Below, in pieces: positions 36,701 through 50,700 of a DNA stretch of 64,000 nucleotides (position 1 is the first letter of the stretch; each line of letters opens with the position of its first letter). Source of the stretch: Phoronis australis (Eukaryota; Animalia; Phoronida); assembly GCA_002633005.1 (NCBI GenBank), contig NMRA01000119.1:310001-374000 (forward strand), in the 5' to 3' direction. A program made the translations under genes and the position numbers. Below the pieces are notes generated by a model. It made no database searches, was not told where the DNA came from, and worked only from the letters and a program-made list of their open reading frames with translations.

Positions 36701-38206
36701 GAAACCAAATGTTGATGTCCGAAACAGTCCAACATTTTGACAAGTTTAACAGACTGTTAAGCATCTTTTATATAATGCCTTGATAGCCTCTGATTTTAAT
36801 GGTTTTATATCTTCTGGGGGTTACCTAGAACCACCCATGCTGTAATTTAGTGTAAATTATGTGTTTGTGTTGTATGGTACTGAATAAATATCCCCATCTC
36901 TCCCTCTCACAGACCTTTTTTGATGATTTTTGTACGTATAAGTCACATGCTTTTGTCAAATATGTGAGACACAATATCTATCAGCAACAACAACCATGAA
37001 ATCCATAATTTTACAATTTGTGAAACAAGGAACCAACAGTAACAGTCGGATATAATATGCCCGCATTTTTAGAACAACTGAATAAAGGGCATCAAACCAG
37101 TTCTCAAAATGAGGGCACGTTATATCCAACTATTACCAAACCGTTATATCACGCAGCATTAAATAACTGCAAAGCCAAAAGAACACTAACAGACAAAAAA
37201 CACTAACAGCCTAATTAGCTCAGCTCGTTTCTCACATTTTGTCACAAATTTCTCAAAACGTCACAAATTGTCACAGAATTTCAAACGAGCGAGTTTTGTA
37301 ACAGAATGCCACCTTGTCACGGGGATTCCCCTCTTTGCCAGCATAAAAAAACCAATATCTATCAGTCAGCCAAGTGTGAAATACTGGCTGTTTTCAGAGA
37401 AACCATTAGTTGTCTAAATGCTTCGAGTACCAACATCTGGTGAAACTCAATAGGTACAATTGCATTTTCTTTAAGTAGGCAACTTAATGTGAACACTGCA
37501 CTTGTAGACCGAATTACATTGTTTTAATTTTTAACATTCATATGATAGTTTCAATCTTGTCTGATGAGCACCTATTAACACTGAAACTGAATAGTGGTCT
37601 GAAACAAGATGCCAAACAGCAGCTCCATCTAGTGTTCAGCCATAGAGCTAATATTGAATTCTTGAACTCGTGAAATTGGTATCTTCTTGTAAAAATGTTC
37701 AGGTCTGTGGCAGTTACGGCAAACTCTTTGAAAATCATGTTTTTCAAAAAAAAAACATGGTTAAGATATCACAAACATCTGGATGTTATTTTGTGCTCAA
37801 TTATAGTTTTATTAAAACAGACACTTATTAAATTTCATTCTTGGTAACAAAGTGTTCAATGAACTATTAAGTCCCATTCGACCAACAGCAATACTGCTTT
37901 CATTGCACGACTACTTCACGTAAGAAAATATCCTACTGGATTTTACTTTTATTGCTCATTAAAAGGAGATTATTTGTAAACTGTTGGCAGCCAAGTAAAA
38001 TTTGTTCCAGTCATCTCACACGGAGGGACACATTGTGTAATGGTATTATAATGTGACAACATATTTCCTAAATGTTTATAACGTAACTGGTTAATTTAAA
38101 AAATTTTGCCTCAAAACAACATCGGGTTATGTCGAAATAAAATAACAGTATTCTTTAGGCTTTAGGCTGAGTCACATTCCAGTAACCGTGTCCATAAGCA
38201 TCTTAC

Positions 38207-38332
38207 CTGAGCCATATTTATAAAGCCGACGGCGAGAGTCTTGAAGCCGAGAATTGTTCGGTTTTTGTAGCGCTTCCTCCTCTGCAGCGCCACCTGAAGT
38301 TGATTAACTTCCCTCTTGATGAAGTGTGCATA
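38207..38332 (-). CDS. PACS2: PACS exon (furin-binding region, [10 protein letters not shown] motif)
   Basis: Encodes [42 protein letters not shown], a diagnostic PACS motif. Phase 0-0. Confidence 0.97.
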
Positions 38333-40764
38333 CTGAAACATGGATGATAGCTGTTTACAATGTTACACACACTAAAGAACAACAAAAGTAGACATATTGT
38401 TATTTATCTTTTAAAGTTGTTATAAACCAGATTTTGATGTCAAAAACGGTTTTCTTCACAGACGTAGTTGCTTGACTACCAAATCAACGCCATCGTGTTC
38501 TTATCCTTCAGTTGAATTGAAGTTGGTTGTGATATAACACAAGAAAGTCTCCCAGACAGCCAGAATTCTTCAGTGGTTGAAACTAATCTGCAGCTACAAA
38601 CTAACTTCACGAGCCTATTTTGAAGCAATAACGACCTGTCAGTTCTTCTCAAGCTTAGAAATACGTTTTAATCTTAGTTGGGAACAACACGAGATCAACT
38701 TTGTAACGATAAGTAACCTAAATAAAAAGCTGGAGTTTTTTGACAGAAGGCATGGGTCTATTACGCCTATTGGATCCCGAATGGTGTATTTCTATCAAAT
38801 ACAGTGTGGTATAAGCACAAATTTTAACATCAGATAGGCATTTGAAAGATGTCTGTTTATTACGTTGTTCTGAATTTGCTAACCAAGAAAAACTGAAAAA
38901 GAAAGGCAAATGTCAAGCGAAAGACTATCATTGACAAAAATGTGCATTAAAGTGCTCACAACATAATACTTGAATGTACTAGGGCTGTTCATTCGTCACA
39001 AATACAGACACGGCGATTTCATGGCAACTGCTCGGTCGCCCAGTACAAATACCTTCATATGTCAGTTTAATGAGCAATTTATGACTGGCATTCATTGATC
39101 ACAAAATGGGGCCCTAGGTTAACCCACACAGCGCTAATTAGGCTGAGCCTAAGTCATAAGTGCAAACTCAAATATATTAAGTAAGCGGTGATGAATCCTC
39201 CCGTTGAGGCAATCAATGAAGTCCATTCAGTTCATCATTTTATCAGGTGTAATTAGAAATATGTACTCGCAGTACTAAAGAACCAAAACGAAGGGCTCCA
39301 CCACAAAACAAAACTGTTTGAAAGATGGTGGTTTTAAAAGTGAAATCAGCATGACCATCCCAAACTACTACAGGCCCCTCTGCAATTTTGCAAAATTCAC
39401 CTTTTTTACTGAGTACTGGTGCACATTTCCTGTAGTTCAACACTGCTGCAGCGCTATGGTAAAAATTCTCCAGTTTAGGACAATTTTCTAGAATTTGGAA
39501 CACAAAATTCAAGCCAAAATTAAATTTTCTTCATTCTGAAGAATGAGAGTTGGGTGATTTTGGCATCCTTCATATTTCTCAAGTAGTCGACACTGTGTTT
39601 TGTATCAATAATGAAGTCTAAAAATGGACTTGATAATTATCAAAATCAACGAAAATAACACCGACAACACCTTTCAAGCCTCCCCATAGTGTATTACATC
39701 CAAGAGAATGACCATTCGTCGCTGATCGGATTTTTTGAAATAGGGACAGCCAATATTGCCCATTTCTAAAATTTGTTAAAAACTCCACCTCGAGCAAAAT
39801 AATTCACTGAAGTGGAGAATTTTTACTGAAATCACAATAATGGTCACTTACAAGGATCCCACATTTTAAGAACCAGTTTTCTCTTCTGAATAACATTCAT
39901 CAAACTGGTTCTCAAAATACAGGACCTCCTGGAATTACTATTGCCGCAATTTACAATACAGACATAAAGAAATTGAAAAAGTTGAGTGGTGCGCGAGAAG
40001 CCAAGAAATTGTACTTAATTTGTTTCACTCGGCCCGAAGCTGAATTAGTTGCTCTGCTTATTGAAGACCATGTTAATCATACAACGCCTTGAAGTTTTAC
40101 TATATGGCAGTAAAAGTGTAGTTAAATTCTGGAAATAGGGGAAATTCGTTGACAGCAAATGAGACGAAAGAAGCATACAGTGTTTAAACAGCGCAGCAGT
40201 CTTAGGAAATTGGTTGACCACTTAATTCATTACAGTAATTGCATAGTGGGGAGCCACTATGCTGGGGTTATCTAATGACTGGCTTGCGTGTCTCATCTTG
40301 TGAATCAGAGACAATGACCTCTAAGACAAACTGACCCATATAAACTGCAATAGTATGAATGACTCAGACATCCCCCATGGACATCTGAGAAAAGATTAAG
40401 ACAAGGGGCAGAGAATGGCTGCAAACAGTTATGTTGTGTCAGCTAAAACTAACAATTAGCTAATCAATTCTATGCGAATCACTCTTAATTAGAAACTGAT
40501 AGGGGATTTCGATATTTAACTCCATTTTTAAAGATATTTTAAAGTTACGCATAACCCAAACTGAAAACAACTCCAGTCCAGATCAACTTAATCTCATGAC
40601 ATAAATGGTATGTAATAAAAATCAGTAAAGAAAATTTATATCATCAGACAAAGATTGAAATTGATTACTTCCTAGAACCCATATGATTACAAAACCTAGA
40701 ACCAACCACAAGCGTCTTTTTATTTTCATACCAGCAACTAGTATACAGGAACTCGGTTACTAAC

Positions 40765-40854
40765 CTGTAAAGAAAAACCAATCTCTAAGTCGGTGTCAAG
40801 AAGCCCATTTGGCGGCAGGAATATTTCATTTGACCGAAGGATTCGCTTTGAATT
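40765..40854 (-). CDS. PACS2: PACS exon (furin-binding region)
   Basis: Encodes [30 protein letters not shown]. tttcag| acceptor, gttagt donor, phase 0-0. Confidence 0.95.
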
Positions 40855-41005
40855 CTGAAATAATTACGACAAGTAGCACACACAATGGTTAACGCGGCTA
40901 TACCTGCCTTCCAATACAACCTGGACCATTTACTGTTATGAAAGTGGTCTCAAATTGTTCCTTAGTCAAATTAGACATGATTTCAGGGTTTTGAAAGAAG
41001 AGAAC

Positions 41006-41245
41006 CAGGGCTTGGAATGTCCAACGACAAAAAAGAGGAAAAATTTCCAGGTGATGTATCGTTCTACAAATAAATAGGGTTATGTGATAGAAATATTTTT
41101 TGTGTTGTAAAATTTAACTGCACGATACATTTTTGAATGAATAAAATCAAAATGATGATATAAAGAGGAAACTGGAAAACAAATAATAGGAAATCGAAAC
41201 CAAAAAAGAGGAAATCCTCTTGAGAGAGGAAAATTCCAAGCCCCG
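41006..41245. mobile_element. MITE with CAGGGCTTGGAAT terminal inverted repeats and AGAAC target duplication
   Basis: Termini CAGGGCTTGGAAT / ATTCCAAGCCCCG with AGAAC on both flanks. Homologous copies at about 29119-29349 and 30319-30542. Confidence 0.82.
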
Positions 41246-43001
41246 AGAACGTTACTTATTGCTCGATCCCAGGCTGTGTCACAACATGTGATTGAAAGCG
41301 CCATGCGTGGTCTCAAGGAATAATGAGCTGCCAATTCTTTGCAAACTCAGATATGACTTCTAATCTGAGTAACGGAGGAGTTAAGCTCAGTAGCGTGAAT
41401 CAAAAGTTCGCATCTTGGACGAAACGTGGGTTTATGATCGCTTCAGCTGAAATAAGAGCCACATTATGAGTCCATGCAATCAGCAATCATTGATTTTTCT
41501 TTTCAGACATTTCTTTCACTCTCAGTTAGCAAAGCAGCAAATTGGGTTCAAAGTTATTTTAGCTGATAATGTAAGTTTTGTTTTTTTCAAATCAACGAGT
41601 TTCCAAAGGTGCACTGGATCGGGAAATCCTTCGATGCAAATTAACAGACAATAAGTCTATTCATTATTCATGATTCATGTTTTGAGAAACCCTGTAAATA
41701 TAGACCTTGACTGTACTGATCAATGTATTCTGTTCAGGCAGATGTGTTTTATCAACAACTTGCAGTTTCAGGGCACCTTTCTGTGTGCTTTATAAATATT
41801 GCGTTGCGATATAAAGAACAAAAGTATGAATTTTACTTTTGCTGTATCGACCGACGAGAACAAACAAAGCCATGTGCCTGATTAAAATGACCGATGTCTG
41901 TCTCATACCAAGAATTGGTTGCCCATCTCCAACACCAGGTCAACGTCCATGCCTCGTGTCAGATGACAAGTGTTCAAAAAGTATAATTTAAAAGCTATTA
42001 TGACTCCATGTTCCACTGAAGAAGCCAAGTTTTGATTTAGACCCCTTAAAACTATAAAATTGGACTCAACCTCTTCTTTACTCACACGAGAAAAGAGTTT
42101 AGGGTTTGAAAAGAAATGTTAGTTCATTAATTGTTGAGACCATACTCCGCCAATAAAATGACACGACAAGACGTCGAATTGTAGAGCTTAGTCTTGAGCA
42201 ATATGGAACTGTCAGTTCTTTCGAAGACAAGCAATCACACTTATTTCGACTAAGGAACTATTTGAGACAAATTCCTAATGGTAAGTGGAAGACTAGGTTA
42301 CAGCTGTTTTAAGTACAATAGTTCGTTTAGGTAGAGTAACTTTGAAGCAAACTGATGGAAAATTGTCTGCTAATCGAAAACGTGAGCAAAAATGTTGAAA
42401 CTTAAGGAAATTGCACAAACTTCAAATGAATTTTAAAAATTAAATAATTTGTACTTCAGGAGTCAGCGTTTTGCATAATATGCGGGATACACACGGACGG
42501 ACGTATACTGTGTATTCCACCTACCACCTATACTGTCTTACAAGCTTATCACTAACTTTTATATCATTTTTGTTAAAATGGTTTGTTGATAGTCCTCTGA
42601 TTTTCCTCAATACTCCAAAAAACCAAAAAAAAAAACTTCAACGAGCTATGTTCATTCTTTTCACAAAGTAAAGTACTACTGTACTCGGCCTTGCTGATAC
42701 CAAGGGCGGGGCTGCGAGCATTTCCCTGAATAGTGGATTCGGGTAAACATGTCGAATTTGAGTGCAAAAGTGAAATAAAGCATACTAGAAGGTAAGCCAG
42801 TTGCACACGTTTTGGGAAGCTCAAAGTTGAGTGAGAAGGCTGTTCACCAAGACAGAGTGCTTTTGAGAAAGTCTCCATCATATAATTTAGGGGCGGGCAT
42901 TGAAAAATGAAAATTTTCAGAATTTCACAGGTGTGTATTAAGCCAAACACAGGTGTTGACGAAGAAGAATAGGGTACAACTTGTTTTGTTTAGTCACTCA
43001 C

Positions 43002-43089
43002 CTGTACACTGACTGCCACAATGACAGAGCTGAGGTCAGTCTCCAGGGGGCGCACAACACTCAGATGACTCGCAGTCAGGCTGCATATC
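43002..43089 (-). CDS. PACS2: PACS family protein, first exon visible in window (furin-binding region)
   Basis: Encodes (R)ICSLTASHLSVVRPLETDLSSVIVAVSVQ, comparable to PACS2 RLCSLTLKKL...SVVIAVKMQ. cag| acceptor and gtgagt donor. Invertebrate PACS1/2 co-orthologue, so the symbol is approximate. Confidence 0.88.
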
Positions 43090-44832
43090 CTGTGACAAAA
43101 CAAACAACGTTACATTCAGTGAAACTTTCAAAATCGTGGCAAACTTCTCTGTGGGCAAAAATTAAAACATGACTCAAATTGCTTGTGCATTCGAATCCTT
43201 ATCTTCATTTCTGGTAATTCGTAGAAATAACAGCAGTTCACATCACATTCACTTGCTGATAAATAGCACTATAACTTTGCAACAAAGGAATAAATCTAGG
43301 AACAACAGATTACACCATTCAAACCTTTGTCTTACAGCTAAAACGTCTCAGTAAACGGATATGATCCACTTTTCGATTATTTCATTGTTTTATAATGTGT
43401 ATTGCAGAAGTGTCATTTCTACTACACAAGTGGCCATAACTTTTAAAACTGATTTAAAGGTTATAGCTCTTGGTCTGAACATTTTAAAAACGGTTTTAAA
43501 AGTTGTAACACTCTGGGTGATTTATCGAGAGGTTGCGGTAGTTGTAAAAGTTACAACTCTAGGTTGCGCTGTTGTCAAATCTCTTCGGAAACAATGGCAC
43601 ACCGAAGCCCTAAATGGGGCGAATCAGAAAGCAACAGCACTGATGACTAGTGACTAAAACCACGAACTAGAGCTTAAAAACAACAGATTTAATAGTTGGT
43701 TAGAAGGGTAACAATTATATCACAGTTACTTCAGTCGGACATGTGTCCACATATTGAGAACCAGTTTGATTTGTGTTATATCTGTTTTTAAACAACTATA
43801 AGAAGATATGCAACCGAGTTTAGTTGGTCTGAACACAACTTTAGAATCCCCACACCTGCAATTAATGGCTGGTACAAGCATAAATTCGTGGCATTTCACT
43901 TTTCAGAAATACACCTCAGCAATGCATCAACCATTATGCATCAGGTACTCGGTGGCAAAGAAGCCTCCTATTGGACACTAAGGCAAATACCTCTTTCAAA
44001 TCAGTTATATGTAGCAGCAAATGTTTTCTGACAGAAAGAGGAACATGAAATGGTCACATTTTGTGCCATTAGCATTAATATTCTTAAACATTACTTAATG
44101 ACCCTTCACCAAGCAAAGCTGGCTGTTGACTATACCGTAATCCTCCTGATAAATGCCCAAACTCGGTTATACACCCACCCNTAACCTGTATTGCAGAGCA
44201 CGTCCTTCCTCCAATTTTGTAAATTCAATTCTTAGGTGTGAAATGGCTTACCTAAAGTAATTCCCCAGTCATTAACCTAAAAGTGGCTGTTCAGGTAATA
44301 AACATCCACCCATGACTTTCTAAAATCTTTGCCTTCTTAAATCCTTTAAATGCGTTCATGCTAGGCCTAAAGTCTGCCACTGTTTTTTAGTTTTTCAACC
44401 CTGGGCGTCAATGTGGACCAACACAGCATATTATATAGGATGTAACTGGAGCATTCCTTAAAGCAACAGATTAACACTTCAGAAAATCTAACAAAAACAA
44501 AAACATTCTGAAGTGTTTATGTTAAAACATCAAGTGTTGACACAAACGTAAAGGAGAAAATAGGGAAACAAAATTTTTTTATATCAATTGATCCAACCAA
44601 GCCATAACAATGCTGTAACAGATGAACTTTGGTCGCATGTTTGGCTGAGCAAAAATGCCGGCATAAGCAGCAGAACACACTGAATGTGCACTTAGCGAAT
44701 ATATTCCAAGCCTCCACACAACATATCCCTACACCTTCCGACAAATATGGCGCAAACAGGACAAGAAACTCGAATGTATGAAACCGAGCAAGCGTTCAGC
44801 TGGTAATTACTTTCGTCCTGTCTGCAGGTTTG

Positions 44833-44996
44833 CGTCCACACTACGAATTGCACTGGGCATATTACCCAAGAACAAGTTGTCTCACCCGTGCCAAGTTGTT
44901 CCAGGACAAACTGTGTCCACACTCAACACTACTGCTAAACCTAGTGACAATTCATTCCAAGACAAACTTGTTCTGGGATAAGTCGTAGTGTGGACG
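44833..44996. mobile_element. PIF/Harbinger-like MITE
   Basis: Perfect 14-bp inverted repeat cgtccacactacga / tcgtagtgtggacg with an internal gtccacact sub-repeat. The superfamily assignment is inferred. Confidence 0.7.
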
Positions 44997-47439
44997 GCAC
45001 TTTTGTCTCAAGATTATATATATCAAACACAGGCAAGATCTTAACTAATGAGAACCAGATATCAAGTGATTTGCAAACCTAAGGAAACATGGTCGCCCGT
45101 GAAATATTCGTTGTTAATTCTCATCCTATCCTCATTCCTCTGAGATGGATAAGTTGAAATTAAAAATACTTTATTGACAACTTTTCCTTGTTGGGGCTTG
45201 CTAAAGTTCGCAGAAAAAAAAATTTTCCTTGTCAAAAGTCCAAAGAACACGGTTTTAGCACGATTTACTGTTGGTAGCAAGATTACTTGATCCTCAATTA
45301 GAAAAACTGAAAACAGTTGTTATCTTCAGGATTCTAACCATCAAAAGCACAAGCTTGTACGTCTATAGACTATTATAGTACATGGTACGCCAACTCCGTA
45401 TATTTTGAATGGACAAATCTGTAATCATACACATAAGCCGTGATGTCGCTATTTACAAGCACCTAGCAGACATAGCACACTTTACTTCTAGCAAGTACGT
45501 CATCTGCTATAATGGACAGTAAAATAGATGAAAGAATTTCCCTTAAAATACATTAACCGGAAGCTGAGTTTGCTATGTTTAGAGGTTGGCGCCTCCTCTG
45601 GAATATTTCGCAAGAAAATGTCGGAGTTGTGAATTTGTTGTGTATAATCTATGGTACGTCTAAGTTCACACAACGTTACACCATGAAAGTGATTAAATTT
45701 ACTTTATCAACAAGTTTTATTACCAGTTACATCAGTCAAAATCTCATTCCTTTGCATCAATTGTTGTAAAAATACCAGTCAATATGTTATTCTATCGCCG
45801 CCACATGCCACTGGCCGGATAGGGTTAATTTGAATTATTTAACCTTTTACCAGTATGTGTGTGAATACTTATAATAAGGACAAATTCTTACATAACTTCC
45901 ATGTCAATGTGTGTCAATGAGGTCTCAAAAGAAGCTCCACACCAGCAAAGAATGCTAAACCAATTACTAAAATTCACAAGAAGTTGATTCCTGAAACCCT
46001 ATGGTATCTACACATTAGCTATCTGTACGGTTCCAACAAGACTTTTTCCTCGAGTCCTACACAATGGTTCGGTTGGAGCAAGAATCATACACGAGGGTAT
46101 AATCAAAGTTGCACTGCCCCCTTGTTGTTTAGCAGCAAGTCTGTAGAAAGCATCTTAATCATAGGACAATGAAAGCGCAAGGTCAATGACACTTAAACCC
46201 CTGGACAGTGTTATAAAACTTTTACAGTATGGTCTAACCCACAGCTGATCATGACATCTGTTCTTAGTTGAGCTGATATGAAAATTAAAGTAATATGTAT
46301 ACAGTGCAAGAGCTACATCCCTTTACCAATTAACTTGCTGAAATCACTTTGAGAATGCGAGCTTAAAGAATTATAAGAATTGCTTAAATTGCAAATTCAG
46401 AGAAACATGGCAGAAAAGTGAAATTTAATTTCTCATCACTTTTCATGAAAGATGGGTAACAAGAAACAAAGACAGTCTTAAGTTATATACCATGGCTACT
46501 ACTGGACGTTCTGAGAAATTGTCGAAATTCACAACAATGCTAAAAGTCTGACTAAATGAAAATGAAAAGGACCAATTATCGCAATTACTTTTGTTCCAAA
46601 TTGGTGACATTTTATCACCTTTCCATGAGCAGTGTGGCCTTGGCATACCTAAACAGCTAAATGAAAGTACACTTGTATAGCATGAATTCAGCAATGTCAC
46701 TAAGGCCAAAAAGCATTCAGTGTTGAAGGTTCTGGTCACCTTGAAACCTGCACCTCACTACTTAAAGAAAGTGCCACCTGGATCAATGAAAACCAAGGTC
46801 TGAACTTTTACCAAAGGTCACACAAATGCATGCAAGCAAAGTTTTAAACCCTGTGGCATGCCAACAGTGTTACCCCTCAAGTTAGACCACAGGAGAAAAC
46901 AACGAGCGAAGAATGCAAACCAAAACAAAGAAATCATGGAAAAGTTTCAGTTAATTTCATCTTTTAATAGTAATAAAACACTAGACATAATTTTGGGGTT
47001 GTTTTAAATAGTTTAATCCTTCAAACACAAGGTTTGTAAGCATAGACACAGTCGGTCTCTGTGTTCAGGTACAACACAAGTAATACACTTAAAATTACAG
47101 CAGAAATGGATATCTTAAGCATCACCAAGTTATAATTCTCTATGAAAACAGAAAGGCTGTAATCAATCAATCAGTATAATGCAGCACTGGTTGGCCTGAT
47201 TATCGCCTTCTGAAAACATTCAGTGAACGTATGCATGATGAGAGCAAGTGCGATAGTGGCTAGAAATTCCCACACCCCGAAAACATTCCTCTTCATTTGC
47301 GGAGATAGAAAAATGCATCGAACGATTGACCTAGTTTTCGAAATGTAAAAATGCACAGGCCTCATGGTTGAGCCCATTGCACAAAACACCTGAGCTATAA
47401 ACACAAGAGCCTCGTTATGGTTCTTTGTGAAGAAAGTTT

Positions 47440-47760
47440 TCAAGTCTGCCCATCTCCTTTTAAGAAAACGGACAGGATGTTCCATTTGTTGCCGTGCACT
47501 ATATGATATAGGCATGTAACAGTGGCATCCAGTAGGTTACTCTTTAGCCTATAAAAAGCTGGGCAAGACTCTACCAGGTTTTTAGGAGTTTCAACATCAG
47601 TACCACACTTGGGACACACTGGGCTCCCCATACGCCCAGTGATGTCTGTGTTGGGCTAGGTTACAGTGGCCCGTCAAAATTTCAATGACGTGTCTTAAGC
47701 CCAATCTATCAAGACTTAGTAGTTTTTTTGGATGTATCATGAGAAAATTCTCTCTTCTTT
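47440..47760 (-). mobile_element. Decayed, 5'-truncated non-LTR retrotransposon (LINE) C-terminal fragment
   Basis: Frameshifted translation KLLSLDRLGLRHVIEILTGHCNLAQH / MGSPVCPKCGTDVETPKNLVESCPAFYRLK. It matches the LTGH...C..C...ET..H....CP zinc-knuckle tail of non-LTR ORF2 (R1/LOA/I-like). Confidence 0.75.
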
Positions 47761-50700
47761 CGAAATGTAGAGTGACTACATATTTCAGAGGTCGAATAGA
47801 ACAAGTGAAAAATGTGTTACCATGCCTCAGGGCTTCATCTAGGATTTCGAACATAGGGTGTCCAAAATGGGGTTCCCAATATTCCAGGGCGTCCATGATT
47901 CCAATGCCGCATTACCCCACCCCCAACACACACAGTGAGGTTTTTTTACAATTAAAAAATGCGTTGAACAAGGCTTTTACACCTAAGTTTACAAAAACAG
48001 TTCCCTTGTATTGGGCTTTTTTAAGTACTAAAATACTGTTGGTCAAGACTTTTATGTTTAAATTTACGAAAACAGCCAAATAGCTTACCAAACGGGTATT
48101 ACAGATATAACAGATATTGGTTGAACGATGAGTGCACTGTTTTTGGTCATCTCAAGTCAAATTCTGTTATAAAGTTTATTATATCAACTTCACTAGCTTT
48201 ATATTCTGTACAATGAGTCATCAAAGCTGCAGTTACCAACAAAAGAAAAATGCACAGATGATGTGTGGTTTATATTTTGACAACAGGTGTCACTGCTGCT
48301 CCATTTTAGACGCACATAGAAAAGCATGAAACAGGCGAAAACTCAAACATTTTAAATGGGGATATTCTTTCGGCTCATCATATTATTAAAATAATGACAT
48401 TTATTTTGCTTTTGGTATTTTTAAAAAAAGATGAAGTACATGAAATTACAGCTCTGAAACACCAGTTTGGAGTTAAGCAAGGTCCATGTCCCTATATAAA
48501 GTACAGAATGGCAGTGACATGTGAATCTATTGAAAGCAGACACTCTGGCAACCAACCAGGTGCTAATGATTGACAGGTCTACCAAATAGTTTGAATATTG
48601 CAACATTTTAAATACTTTGTATATTTCTTTCTGAGTTGAAAAGGCCAACTTCCGGCTTTGATTAACTGGGAGTCATAGTAATCTTTCAATGTGGGTGTCC
48701 AAACTGGAGAAATTCTGATTGACAGGGCGGCCAAATGATACATTGGGCGTCCTTGCCAGGGCATCTACATTAGTGCTAGGGCGTCCAAATGGACGCCCAG
48801 GACGTACGCTGCATGAAGGCTTGCCATGCCTAACTCAGCTTATCAATTTTTTAAGTCTGCATTGCAATTTACTGTGCAACACAAAAACTTAATTTGCATC
48901 AGAATGGCAAATGGCAAACTAATTTTGAAGTAGAATAATGATAAGCATAGCAGCAGTGTTTTAGTGTGGGACAAGTGCCCCATGCATGCACAGCATTGTG
49001 GGTACATACCACAGAATCAGAGAGGGCGGTGTGGTATTTCAGTAAGTGGCTATTGCTTAGTGCAGTTTAGCGCAATTACAAATGGGACAATTTCCAGTCT
49101 GTAAACTGTCCTGTAATAGCCATATGGTTGAACGATTCAGTTCAAAGTCAGTACTTCCTCAATGATATTTATGACTTATAGAAGGAAATAATATTCACTG
49201 CAGGACTAAATTGATGACAAAATTTTGGAACATTGCAGAAATCGGGCAAGGGAGAAAAATGGTTATCAAGAATAGAAGAAATATAATAATAGGAATGATC
49301 ACTGACAACAGAAATCTTTTGAGACAGTAGTTATTAGGTCACATGATGTGACCATGTCGACAGATGAGGTCGGCATGGAAAAGCATTCTTTGCAGATCAG
49401 TACCAAACACATGCTGGTCATCGTTTGACTTTATCACATTACAGCATTTTCTGCTTTGTTTTTAAATCTGCTATTTATTGGCTAATCCTGCATGCAAACT
49501 TTTATCAATATTTATACACAAGGTAACATAACACTTCTATTGACAACCACTCTATCAAACCAGACAGTAATTTCACATGGTGATAATTTATAGGATTTTC
49601 AATCCATTTTTGATATAATGCTAACAGGCCAAACCATAAATGTCAACACCTACTGCTTAAAGCATAAATTCCTCAATTTCGCATAACTTTTTTCCAAGTT
49701 CAGTCAACTGGAAAAGACAAATGAGCGAGAACTGTAAGATGAAATTGAACTTTCCCACTGGTTTCAGTAATAATGGATAGTGAAGGTGTTTACCACTAGG
49801 TGAAGTTATGACCAGCGAAGTTATCTTAAGATGATGGTTTAATATATCATATGTAATGTCAAGAATTGAGTGCTAAACAAATTAAAATGCATTTAAAAAT
49901 GGAATAACTCAACTACTTCAAAAAAAGAAAAATTTAAAAATCAATACAGCACGTGCCAGTTTACAGTGTGATTGGGGTCGAAAATTTTGACGACATAATA
50001 ATTTTGTGTTCTCAGAGGCCTTCCTCAGCTTATGGGGAAAGGTGGCCGTGCCTTCTGATAGTAGAGTTTTGTCTCACCAGGGAAAATCATCATACTACCA
50101 ATTCCACCCACCACATGAAGGCAACCAATCAAGGCCCTTAAAATTGAGGTATTGAGGGTTCTGATTTTAATTGTTGATGCTGGCTCCTTAGCTAATACCG
50201 TACAACTCCAAAGCTATCCGGCAGTTTCAACAAACCGATTCCAGACAGGATTTATGCCTTTTTAACCAATCAATACTCCCAATGTACCAAAGCATCAAGG
50301 GGAGACGACACAGGCCCGAAGCTCTACAATATTCCCAACAGCCCTAATTAGCTAATGCTCAATCCTGACTGGAAGAATGACACTGCAATAGCTGTTTTTT
50401 CGATATAGTGGCCACATTAAAATCAGAGGAAAGTAGAAAGCGTTCAACACTACCTATGGTTCACCTGTCAGCTGGTCAAGAGATTCAGTACAATAGGATT
50501 TCACAGGCATTGTTTATAAAATTTTCGTGATCACCACACTGCCAAACTGCCAATGTTTTGGAAATAGATATTCAAAGGATTCATGCAAAAAATATGCAAT
50601 GTTACAAAATGACCGTAAACAAAAGAAATTACATTTAGCTTTTTGTAAATTGCCACCTCTTGCTCACCAGAAAATAAAATTTATCCACAACAAAGTTGGT

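Noticed and set aside
37554-37610. CTGATGA...GAAA hammerhead-like string
   Set aside because: The three stems cannot be arranged around the core in a valid hammerhead topology.
44240-44260. AG|GTAAG ratchet-like motif in the long PACS intron (similar motifs at 55055 and 63005)
   Set aside because: The polypyrimidine tracts are weak, and a few such motifs are expected by chance in 64 kb.
47685-48083. Longer unassigned ORFs (also 34050-34442, 42573-42950, 57026-57361, 62095-62362)
   Set aside because: No recognisable domains or coherent splice structure. They are consistent with chance ORFs or the antisense of TE remnants.
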